DNA of 64,000 nt from assembly GCF_000150275.1 (NCBI RefSeq), contig NW_002060945.1:5071397-5135396 (forward strand), written 5' to 3'. The DNA comes from Trichoplax adhaerens. Its lineage: Eukaryota; Animalia; Placozoa. Made by a program: the position numbers and the translations under genes. Position 1 is the stretch's first letter. Each line of letters starts with the position of its first letter. The notes beneath the pieces are model-generated. The model ran no database searches. It saw nothing but the letters and a program-made list of their open reading frames with translations, and was not told the DNA's origin. Below are positions 1 through 12,404 of the stretch, one piece after another.

Positions 1-1679
1 GCCCCTACGGTTGCAGATGAAGAAGGCACAACTTTTGTTTCAAGGCATGATATTAATGGTACTTTCACTTTTATTGATCAAAGGTAATAGAAAATCACAA
101 TTGTAACTTTTAGTACTATTAATGAAGATTTAGATATACACCTTTTATCTGTATTATTAATAAAAATGTAAATACGTGATAATCTTTAGAATTACATCGG
201 TGACAGGATTTCTACCGAAAGATCTACTAGGTAAAAACATCGTAAATTATTGTCACCCTAGTGACCGAGAATTGCTAGAAGAAAGTTTTAAACAAGGTCA
301 GCAGATATCAAAACATAGTATGCGTACCTACAACTATAGCGAAATTTTATTTTTAACTATTAATAAATACTTCCATTTTCTACTCATCTCTGCAGTGCTG
401 ACAATGAAAAATCAGAAACTTCGCATCAATTACAGATTTCGTACCGTTAATAATAATTGGATATGGCTGCACAATACGTGTTACAGTTTCTTAAATCCGT
501 GCTCAGGACAAGTTGAATATATCGTCTGTGACCATCAATTGAATAAGTAAGCATTGTATTAATGAAGGTTGCATATGTCGCCTCATTTTAAGTTTGTCCG
601 GAAATTAATTTATTGTATGATTATTACAATTTGTGTATAGAGTGGCAAGTACTGAAACAACAACTTTGGATTTAGACAGCCAAGAGACGTCACCAACAAC
701 TTCGCAAGGTTTGGCCAATTATACCAAAGTAAATCCGGATGTCTACAAATTTGGAAATTCGAATATTCAGCGTGAGGCTGTCAACCGGAATGGTCCATCC
801 TTTCCAAATTCAGATAATAAAAGATATCGTAACTCAGATATTCTTAATAACCCATACCCTGCAACTATTGCAGACACATCCATGCCTTTATCGAGCATAA
901 CACCATCACAGATGACTTCAACCTATTCAAATTGTCAAACACGCCATGTATTTGTGCCTAATCGTGATGAATATATTCGAGATATGGTTAATCTACGAGA
1001 ATCGAATAATCAAATGCGTATATTTAATAATAATAGCAGTAAGTCCTCAATGAATATGCAACGGCAATCCCTAACTCAGAATTCGCCTTTACATACTTCT
1101 CCATTGATTCAACAATTAGGAAATTACGTGGAACCAATGAAAATACAACAAGAAAATCGAAATGGTAGTTCGAAGTTCGCTTCAAATTGTACTGTAGGAA
1201 GTAGAAATGCGAATATTTTAAATGACAATAGTTTTCATGGAATAACCGATGGCGTTGATAGTAATAACGTGCACTTAAGTTCACAGTGGAATGCTGATTG
1301 CGATAGAAATTTTGAAGGCCCAGACACTAAATCACAATTGTGGAAGAAACATAACCAAGTCAACTTTGCTACTCAGACAGTAAACCAAAGCAAACGTATG
1401 GAGGCAAATAGGTATCCTCGCTTAAAGACTCAAAGATATCCTTCACAACAATGCTCACCATCTGCAGACGGTGCTGAATGTCGGCAATCTGGATTTGACC
1501 ATTCTATAATGAGCCAATCTAAAGAAACATCCAATAACTCTCATGGGCTCAACAATCGAGCGATGGTATTCAGTCAGAATTCTAGTCCGACACCTCAACA
1601 GTCTGACATACCATTACTTGATAATTCCCAGGATTGTTCGGAGATGATACAATTTCTTGATGAATTATTTCAAGAGTAA
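1..1679 (+). CDS. ARNT: Aryl hydrocarbon receptor nuclear translocator (class II bHLH-PAS), 5'-partial: PAS-B/PAC plus Q/S/N-rich C-terminal region. Exons <1-83, 190-296, 396-546, 641-1679
   Basis: Spliced translation TFVSRHDINGTFTFIDQR-ITSVTGFLPKDLLGKNIVNYCHPSDRELLEESFKQV...YRFRTVNNNWIWL...FLNPCSGQVEYIVC matches the ARNT PAS-B/PAC pattern. GT-AG junctions preserve frame; stop TAA at 1677-1679. Confidence 0.9.
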
Positions 1680-4600
1680 AGTTACGAGTATACACTATAA
1701 TCTACATTTAAAATTCGGTTTCATTGGAAATTGAAATTTGTAAATTTTTTGTATAATTCCTGCTTTATTATGTAAATACCAAAAAGCTCGTATAGAAAAT
1801 ATCTGTTTTATCTTCACGTTTCTTCAACCGAAGTAAAATTTGTAGATTTATGCTGTGAGGTAAACATTTGCCAACACAACTTAGGTACTCTGATGTGTGC
1901 TATATAAAACTTAAAGGAACATCAGCAGCCCTTTTATTATTCTAGCTAACGATATTTAAACTCCGAGTTACCGTTTGTAATATGCCGGCCTAGATGGTAT
2001 TGATAAATGAGTCATGTTACCATAGGTAAAACTTTATACTCGATTCATGATTATTCCCTGTTTTTGATACTTAACTCAAAATAGCTCATATCATCATAAA
2101 TTTTATCTGTATTGTATTTTGTGTCCTTTTTATCGCGTACCTAAGTTGTTAGTGCTGCCTTGTCAGTAGAATTTCCATAAAATTGTTTTTAGGATAAATC
2201 GCCACCGTTACCTATTAAGTTATAGTACATATAAATGTTTATCAGGTAAAGTGTAAAATTCTAAAATGCATTGGAAAGTTATTAAATAATTATTTCGATA
2301 GTAGAAAAATTAGTAAAATGCAAAATATGCCATTCCTTAGGTAATTTTAAAGTAACTTAAGTGATCTGATCAAATAGAAAAGAAATTGGATAGGCTTATT
2401 AATTAGATAACTATTACTTATTATAAATTTCGTATGTACAGACGAATTAATTATTAAATATTGTTATAATAGTAAAATATGAAACGGTGATAGTATTATA
2501 TTGCTGTTTTTAAATATCAAGGGCAGTTGATACTAAAAATAGCACTTCTGTGGTATTTATTACTCAACGGTGAATCTATTATTTGTCAATGGTGCGCATC
2601 TACGGTATCTGTAAAAAATGTAGATGTTTTATACTATTCTACTAAGTAACCTTGTCTAAGGTTATGCAAGCAATTCTATATAATACTAGAAATAAAATCA
2701 CAATAATTTGAACGAAGCTAAAACCTTCGCTGATACGATGTCAGTGCCTAAGGCGACTTTTAAGTATAAGTTGACTCAATTTTAAGGTGCTATCAAGCTG
2801 CTATAGTCAACAAGCTACAAATTTTGTATTGATGACAGAAAAGTGGTCACACTTGTAAGCCCGTTATGTTATATTGACATCGTCAGCAAAACCGTATATA
2901 CTGTTGACTCTAATGTTCGTACAGTCGCACTGTATCTGTGAGTTAATTAGAAATGTAGCATTCTGAGAGGAGGTAAAGTTCTGATTTAGATATTTACTTT
3001 CCAAAGGGCCCGCTACTACCTAAAGCTACATAAGATCTTTCGTGAAGCAGTTATGATAAAATTAGCTTAAATAAAGATTGATGTTTTATGAGTGGAATAA
3101 TAATTAAAGGTTTTATTTGTATAGTGGCTAGAGGTATTTATACAACATTTGTTTCAAAACAGAAACGCTATAACAGATAACGAAAAGTGTAGATTTAATT
3201 TAATTGCCTAAGCTCTTTTTCAATAAACTATATTTTATAAGATTAGATGTTCGTCTGATTATTACAAAAATGAGCAATCTGCACAACTGTAGTTTATCGC
3301 GGATATTGAAAATGCCAATTACTATCGTAACTGTAAGAATTTATTAATAGCTGATAAAATTTGTATGGAGGTTTACACCAAATGCTTTTACTTTAACACG
3401 AAAAGATTGTGTCTGGTAAAATTTAACCATTGCAAAGAATTATATACTAGAGAACCGATTTTGCTCTAATCTTACACTGATCTATAAATCTTTAGTAGAT
3501 ATTATTTATGATTAGACTTTTTTGGATACTATTTCATACAGTGTTATTTACAGATATATTCATTCTGAATTATCAAGGCTTTTGGGCAATTAGTAGTACC
3601 TATTCATGAGATGGTATAGCATGAGTTGTTAATTAATACTACTGTACTTTGCCTAACCATCTTTATTATCTAATTTTACACTTCTATCATCAATTTGATG
3701 ATATGTGCAAATGCTTAATCTATCATATTTTCTTCACATATATCGAATATTACGTCGTTACAATTTATAGTATATAGAAAATACATGCATAAATTGAAAT
3801 ATTAACAGGAAAGGGTGAGAAAGTAATCTTGTCGAACAATATACAAATATATACCAAAATGAAACTATAATAGCGGAATCATTTATTTACATCAATAAAA
3901 TAGCATAAAATTGAAAAAAATTATTGACATTACTACACTGTACGTTAAGTAAAACCAAGGTAGGATAAGACATATCACACGCTAACAGTTTCTTAAATTT
4001 TCTCGTACTAAAAGTGATAGCCCATGTCTCCTTGTATCTCTTGATATTATAGATATGAACATTATAACAAATCAATTACAACCGCATATGCATTCGTAAA
4101 TATAGTAAGGTCCTATCACTAACACTCATGAACGTAATTCGTTATGCTGCGCAATCATGCCGTATACAATTGTTAGTATTTGTATTAGTCATCATATAGA
4201 ATATATATAGTAAATCTTTATCAAAAAATAGAACCATATTCTTAAGTTAATTTCAACGTGGTGAGGATTGAAGTAATCTACTATTACAATAATTTTGGTT
4301 ATGTACTTTCACGATCGAAATACGATAAATATAGCTATAGTAAATAATTAATCAATAAGAAAGTACAAGTAGATTTATAATTGACAAGATTTTCTTACTT
4401 ATTAACGAGGCCTTCCAAACATCCTTGTTCATTTTCAGCTCAGATATCTCGATTAATTAATCATTACTATACAAGCATCGATAGATGTTTAAGGGTAATC
4501 TAAACTGTCATAGACTAGCATAAAGAATTATTCTGTCAATAACTAAGCTAATTAATAATAGTAATGTTTTTAGCTAAATTATGGACTAAAGAATAGAAAA

Positions 4601-4751
4601 AAATTTCAACCTATAACAGATTTCCAGTTGTGAAATGATTACTTAACTCCTTAGGCAATGTAACTAGAATAAATTTTATCAGTGTAATAAAATTTAACAT
4701 GGTGTATAAATAGCAACGACTGTAATCGAAAATATGAAGAACAGATTTTAA

Positions 4752-7700
4752 CTAGCAGCTATATTCCTGTGGATTTAATAAGGAAGATATTTCCGCGTGT
4801 ACGCTTTGTAATTCGCCAATCCGACTTCCTAAGGTAACCTGTAGCGTTTTTAACTTCAGCAATAATTTCATATCCGAAAGTTCTTCATCAACACCCGAAG
4901 GCAGAGAATTGATCTGTTCTTTCAACGTCTTATTTTCTCTGATTAGATCCTACGAAAATTCATTCGTAAAATTGCATTTAGTACCTTGATTCAGAAATTT
5001 CATGCTCGATATTTTGTAGTTCTGGTTCACTAAATTTACCTGACATTGGCTCGTTAGCCGTTCATTCTCTTCTTCAAGGATTTCATGTCCTTGTAATTCT
5101 TTTTGTAATCTTTCAATAGTCTATTACAGGCCGGAAATTATCAACTCTATTAGTTAATTCGTTTATTCTTAAAATGCGCGTACAAAACAAAAATTTTAAT
5201 ACAATTTCGATATTATTTTAACCTGAATATTAATTTGTTGTTGTTCCTCTAGCGTAGTTATTTTCTTATTACGTAAATCTTTCTGGTTTAACTTTTAAGA
5301 TAGTTGATTATAAATATCATGATGAAAGTAATATTTTATAACAGAAATCAATTCACAGAAAATGAAATTTAAGGAAACAATTTTTGCATACTTCAGTTGT
5401 TAAAGCATTCTTTTGTTCTTCTAGTAGTTGAATTTTAATCTTTAATTGCTCATTCTCGTCTCTGTAATTTTGCAATAATGACGATAGTTCTTCATTCCTA
5501 CTTTTTAGATTTGATATTTCACCATCCAATCTCCTTCGAGTAAAAAAGGATATTTTTACGGCGCTTCTTATTTTTCAAGTGAATTGAGACTAAATAATGT
5601 ATATTATATCCCTATGAAGGTATTTACCATTGTAATTTGGAATTATCCAATAATGGACTGGCAAGATCCTATCAAAAAAATAATGGGATCTTCGTTTAAA
5701 TTACTTAAAATATCTTCTTCATCAGTATCAATAAACACAATATAAATATCTGTGACCAACTGAAAGTGGTTTAATTTACCTAAATAATTATAGTGAAATA
5801 AGAAAGTACAAATCGTACATTGAACAACTTAAATTTTAATTTTACAATTAGCCGAATTTACATAACGTTTTTTCTTGATAACTTACTTTTTTATTCTCAG
5901 TTGAATCTTTGTTATATCCATTAGTCTCTGTTCCCGAATTTTGTTGCTGAGATTTAGCGGTAATACTGGCTGTCATTTCGTTAAATTTTTCGGCGAACTA
6001 CATTGTTAAAAAATTAGGAGTATCAAATTTACGAGTACATGATAAAACAATGTTATACATTATGTTGTATTACGTGTATACCGTGGATGTATTGTTATTA
6101 CAGTTACTGTAATGTACGTACTGTAATAAAATTAAACAGATCAACAACGGAAGGCTAAATCAAAAAGTGGAGAAATGGACACAAAAGTACACAATATCTT
6201 TATCTATACTAACTCGCAGCATCATCGGAGTCTGCCCTTATCGTAGAAAAAACAGTCTGATTAGGGATGCAATCTGTCGTCTGATTATTTTAGTTATTTT
6301 AAAATATATGTAAAATTGCAAAGTTAATTTTTACTAAACCGGTCTCAATTTAAGATATAGTCTTATATTGAGTTTTTTCTTTAATTGATCTTATAACTAA
6401 GAAACCCTTCGATAATGACAATACTATCGTATAACATATGTGTATATGTACACTGTACATACAGTATACAGTGTACACTGTACAGTATACTGCGTGCAAT
6501 ATCGTAAATTAATATTCATCGTGGTCGTACATACCTGGTACTCAAGAACTGATACGGAATTGTTATAACAATAAGTAATTTAGTATTTACAGTACGCGAA
6601 TATTAGCTTTTTTAACATCTTGAATAGCAAATAGTTTCAATTTAAACTATTACTAGACCATTGTCAAATAGGCAGTTAAACCAAATTGATGGTAACATAT
6701 TGCAATAAAGGAAAATTCACGTCATCGTGGTGTTTAATTGAAAATGTATTGTATCATATCACGCCATCTTCTCAATTATAAAAATAAACAATTATGTAAC
6801 CACTCATCTTCTGCTTTCATGATGCATACAGTACTCTTATATAGACATATATACCATCTTTCTTTTTGCCAGATTATGTATAATCATAATTTATAACATT
6901 ACAAAGGATATTATAAATTTTGAATAAAGTTATGTAAAAGGAAAGCTGATAGATTTCTATATTACTTATAATCTTCTGTAATTATCAGTAGATAAGTAGT
7001 GTACTCTCACAATTGTGTCGATATCCATATTTCAATGTTTTATGTGTATGATTATTACAATATATAACAGAGAAAGGTTATACTTCGCTAATTATCATCC
7101 AAGATAGGAAGCGCAATATAAGTATATCTCCTTGATTCTTATTGTCAAAATTTACCTTATGGTCACTTTGTTTCGTTAGTAATAATTACTTAATCATATA
7201 GCACATAATTACTTGTACAAACCCGCATAATAAGACTCTATAAAGTATATTAAATATGTATCTTTAAATACTTAAAGTCTGTTTGTTTGGTAATACAAAG
7301 AGAAAAAAATAAACATGAATCACTTCACATCTTCATCCTTCGATAGTAGTCTGTGTTACATCACATTATTTAGGCAGATTTAATATACTGTATAGTATAA
7401 AGACATGTTAATAATATCATATAAACGATTAGACGTCTTTTCGTTATATTTAGCTTAATGTATCGCTATTTGTACGAAAACGAAGGATGTAAAGATTTTT
7501 GAAAAAGAATCATTACGAAGTATGTCTTTTTGTTTAAACAGAACATGATCACAAGAAACTAAACATATGAAATATAAGATATAGTATTCTGATGATGATA
7601 GAAAAAGGATGCTAGGTTTCATAATTAACAGAGAGCTAGATAATATTGATAGATCTCTATCCTATTCTATTGACGATCTATAATTGTACTACAACCATGC

Positions 7701-10700
7701 ATTGTAAATTATCTTAAGTAGGCTTCGTAATGCATAAATGTAGTAGTTTAATTTCTGATTCGGGCGGTATAGGTCGTAGCTAATAATTTGTTCAAATTGA
7801 ATCTATATACCAGTTACTTTTTAAAATACCCTTTAAACTGACTACGTCCGACGAGTAAGACCATATTATAATAGATATATCTAAGATCCATTAACAGAGA
7901 AATGAATAAATGACTAAAAAATTTAATGTACAATATAATGATACTTTTATATAAATGTATATCTTATAAACTATGGAAATAATGATAGTGCGAAGAAACA
8001 GTTATAAGTGATACTATATTAGATGAAGGTAAAAGGATCTACTAGCAGCAATAGTATTGATAAAGCTAGAAACTGTGCCCTAATTCATACATTCTAGGAG
8101 TTAGTAAAGCATTGTGCAGGGATTGAGGAACTTAAAAATAATAAATTCTACAAAAATTGCAACACAAACACCTTAAATTATCATAACGTTTAATTACTAC
8201 TGTCCTCTTTAACTTACCTTATTTAAATCGCTTTCGGAGGAGAATCCTAATCCATAGACAGTATTAGCTCTAGCATCTGACCATTGTCCAAATTTGGCCG
8301 ATGTTTTCATGAAATGCATATTCTGTGTTATACTGCTATTTACAATGACCTAAATGAAAGAAAGAAAGTAATCATTAGAAATGGAAAGATTTAATTCGTA
8401 GAGAAATTCGGTAAAATAATCTCGTACATATAGGCGTAATACAAAGGCGTGAATTTGAAATTGTTGTGAAAGATTGGTATGCATAGATTAGTGAAGTAAC
8501 TATCGTTCACGTTATCGAGCGTTGGGCACTTTTCGACTTTTTGAGTTAAGCACAATGATGCAAATCAATTGAAACTAACAAATTACAATTATTCGTAATT
8601 ATCCAGTTGATTGACTACTCGTATACCATCATATGAGCCGTATACCGGATTCGCATATCATCCCATGAGCCGGAATGGGACATAAGAATACGCATGAAGC
8701 TAAGTGAAAGAAATTAGCTGAATCATGTTGTAAAGATAGATCTTTATTACAGTATCAATATGGAACTAAGATTATTATAGTAAGATCAAATGTTAATTTT
8801 TTGACGTAAAAATTATATCATATTTTAAACTACTGAATTTTCTGATTTGCCAAGTAGTCTATAAATGAGTTGTGAAAATTACAACGCGCGTATAATTGTA
8901 ATGTACGCGTCTACATTGTATTGCGTCGATTTACGAGTACAGTATTGTAACAAAGTAAGATCATCGTAATCGTGTTGTTAATACTTATGTAAATCTCTAT
9001 TAATTTTTAGTGTTGTTTCTGTCAAAGTAATTTCAATATCCGGCATGAAGAATTTTTACTTCTTACAACATTGTTCTATGTTTGATAAAAAAATTATTGT
9101 CATAGGCGACTATTATTTAGTACAATACTATCAAAATGATACCAAAAAATTAATGACTATCGCCGTTTAATCTCAGATTCAGTGCTAAGTAACTGACTGT
9201 CCAAATCCTAAATAGTAAAGATGACGGCTGATTGTACGAAACGGCGAAATAGTAAAATTGTAGTAAACAATTGCTAATCATGCTAGTATACAACACCAAC
9301 AATTAAAATATAACTATTTTTACTTCCTGGTAATAAAGAAAACTAGTTAATAGGCAGTGTATCGACTTAACTTTTGTTACTTTAACTCAAGCAACCATGT
9401 AAAATCCAGACTATTAAAGTCATTTCAACTAGATTTTATCGTCATACTCGTATCTAATTATAATTAACAGTGAACGTTTGAACTAGGTGTATGTTGTATA
9501 AGTAAGGGAAGAAAATTACACTTTAGGCATTAAGGCAAAACCCAGCAGTATTTGTTTTTATAACTACAGTCTATGGGTCACAGTACTGTACTAATACTTT
9601 ATTTATACTTCCGCCCCATAATAACGGTACCGTAGGCGAAGCCGAAAATATCTTTTATTAGATTGCGTGATCATGGTCAAATAGAGCAATTAACAAAAAG
9701 TTAAAAAACTGATGCTTGGTTGTATATTGCTGTTCACTGCCTTCACTGCATTCTTTTAGTGCTCCGTGACTGCATGTCTGATAATTATAATTACTTGTCG
9801 ATAAAAGGATCAATAGTCCTAATCCCAATTCCTTAGCAAGTACCGTATACTTAAATGCTATTGTAGGCTTGCGTTATATTATGTCTGCGATCAGCGTTTA
9901 TTATAATTATTAGCGAACAGAGAAACCAAGGATTACGCATATTACTCTAGAATATGCACGTACATCTATATGTTAAGATATGCACATACGAGTAGCCTAC
10001 TACTTTACAAGTACAGTACAGTACACTATATCAGCAGTTGATTAGTTCATGGTATTCTTTAGCTGCAGTGATCAAATATACTCCTATGCTATCTATGGCT
10101 ATTATTATATGTAATATATCACTCAACATCGTATAATCCAAAAGTTGTACTGAAACTACATGTCTTTTACGCAAAATACAGCATAAAGCCCGATTAATTT
10201 ATAAGAAAGAATTTTATTATTATTGTCCTTGTATTACGAGTATCGAAGCTAACTTTTAAATATCGTATGTAGGTACAAGTAGTGATGCATCGACGATCTA
10301 CTATACTGCACTATCAAAGTGATAGTAGATACAGCATTGATGTTTTTATACTGCATACCTTGGTACCGTCGACGGAAATTATTCTGTGATGACTACGCAT
10401 TGGGTCGCAATAAAACGATACTGGTACTGCTAGCTTGGAAGAAGGCAGCCATGACTTTTTCGTTTCTGGATCGATCTCGAAGACATGAGCAGAAGTGGTG
10501 AATAGAGGTTGTTCTCTGGAAGTTAAAAATGATAATAATTATATAATTATATAATGCTACCAATAGGTGGCATCTTAATGTCGATTTTATAATTCTAAGA
10601 TTACGGATAGGAAAGGATAGGAAGCAATTTAGTCCGTTTGTATATATCTACAGTAATCACTGACTCGTGTATTTACTCGTACAGTCGCACTTGGGGTTGA

Positions 10701-11041
10701 CCAGCGTGACTTATTAACTACGCCACCATAATATTTTAAGAGAGTAAACGATTACTATTACGTAAACAAAAACGAATTCGCATGTCATGAATATATACTA
10801 GAGTTAACATTTTATAGTATTCCTTATTCTAGTTCAATGGCATCAGTTGCTAATCTCGTTATCATTCTTCTGCTTTCCTGCATTAAAGGGAGCAGAAAAC
10901 TTGTGTGTATCGTGTATTTTTAAGTATTTGTGATGTGTTGACTACTAATACTGTATCATGAATTAGCCATCATCTATTTATTTTTACAGATATATTCCGA
11001 TATTAAAGAGCAAAGATATCGGTAGTGCATACTTACCCCAT
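4752..11041 (-). CDS. HOMER: Homer scaffold protein (EVH1 + coiled coil), about 308 aa. Exons 11037-11041, 10359-10515, 8218-8349, 5887-5997, 5628-5668, 5392-5533, 5223-5282, 5040-5120, 4752-4949
   Basis: Absent from the ORF track; read manually on the minus strand: [28 protein letters not shown]...[51 protein letters not shown]. This is the Homer EVH1 signature, followed by a heptad-rich tail ending [26 protein letters not shown]. All junctions are GT-AG and in phase (927 nt total). Confidence 0.95.
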
Positions 11042-11203
11042 AATGTAAAATATGCGTAAAAAGTGACTACTGTAATGTACTGAAATCTATCCTTCACGGC
11101 CACGTACTTCCAAGTAAATTTAGCTCATTTAACGAGTAGAGTTTTATCACTTATTTTATCGTGCCGCCCTATATATACTACAGTTTTAATTTGCTTTGGA
11201 AGT

Positions 11204-11360
11204 TATACTGAAGTATAACTGTACTGTACAGTGTACAGTACATGCACGGGTTTTCAGTACAGTACAGTACAGATCGAAACCAGACGACTTTTGTTTGACT
11301 ACAGTACTGTACACAGCGTGCAGTCATAGACTACTAAATACAGTACAGTACAGTGTGTAC
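11204..11360. repeat. TACAG/CTGTA pentamer cluster immediately upstream of the Homer start
   Basis: Direct reading, e.g. gtactgtacagtgtacagta and cagtacagtacagtacag. Confidence 0.85.
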
Positions 11361-11572
11361 ATCCCGGGACACGCCCGGGATGTACGATATTTACTGATCC
11401 GTGGTACAGAATGGGTACATGCTGTTCTCCCGCTGTCCGCGCCACGCAGCCCTCAGTGTGGCCCAAGTCATACACTACATGTAGACTACCATTCCTATTC
11501 TGAAGTCACGTTTTTACGCAAACCTTTTTAGTAAGTGAAAATCAGAAGTTCTCAGAAAGCAGCTGAGGGAAA

Positions 11573-11636
11573 ATTTTTGATGAGTAGTCTCTGGTTTGAC
11601 GCAATGATTTTATTAGTACAACACCTCTGAGAAAAT
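11573..11636 (+). ncRNA. Candidate box C/D snoRNA-like RNA
   Basis: TGATGA (11578-11583) and CTGA (11627-11630) closed by an ATTTT/AAAAT stem, with internal D'-like TTGA and C'-like ATGATTT. No target identified. Confidence 0.2.
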
Positions 11637-12372
11637 CTTGTTACTTCTTGGGTGGACAGACATTTCGGCCACATCTAGGATGGAATGTCCATCCGTCCGA
11701 GGAGAGCGATTAGTCTAATCCAGGCAAGGCATTGACTAATAAGTTTAAGGTGCATCTAGTAGTTTTTATGTAATTATTGCCAAAACTTCCATCTAACTAA
11801 CGGAAAAAGTGTTACTTCATAATATCTTAGAGTCAAAATTGTTCTCAATAATACACTTTCTCTAAGTCAAGTATTGCATTTTCCCTACTTTATTCGAAGA
11901 TTGTAATTGTAGATTTACAAGGGGCAACTCTTGGTCTATAAAATGATATAAATTTCATGTAGCTTTTCTTAACATTTTAAAATTGAAATTTCTAAGCCCA
12001 TTCAAATCTTTCGGGCCCACCCTGTACATACATTGTACAGTACGTAGCCTATAGTACTACTGTGCCATGGAATATCTAGAAGTCCATGACTGCGTGTACA
12101 TTTGTAATTATACATTAACAGTAAGGACAGAAGAAATGCTGTTTTAATGTCTCATAAGGGTCGAGGAAGGAAGTAGACGCAATTAACGATGACTGTAATT
12201 TGAGCAATCTACAGCAATCGACAGTCAGTAATATAACCGCTTACTTTCGGTGATTCGATATTATTTTGGCTTATTACTACATAAATGTTGCCTACTCGGT
12301 ATAAAGTCACTGAACCTCTGACAGGTCTATCAAATGGTAATACTATCTGTTAAATGAGCACATTATCGTAAA

Positions 12373-12404
12373 CCGTCAGCAAAGCGACGGGAGTTTGCAC
12401 TAGT
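12373..12404 (+). mobile_element. Helitron-type 3' terminus (GC hairpin + CTAG|T); 5' end not located
   Basis: CCGTC-A-GC-AAA-GC-GACGG hairpin followed 9 nt later by CTAG and then T. Confidence 0.55.

Noticed and set aside
1680-4751. Possible hidden gene between ARNT and Homer (likewise 43882-46242 and 49440-51075)
   Set aside because: No phase-consistent exon chain or recognisable motif was found by eye; most likely UTR or intergenic DNA, though a non-coding transcript cannot be excluded.
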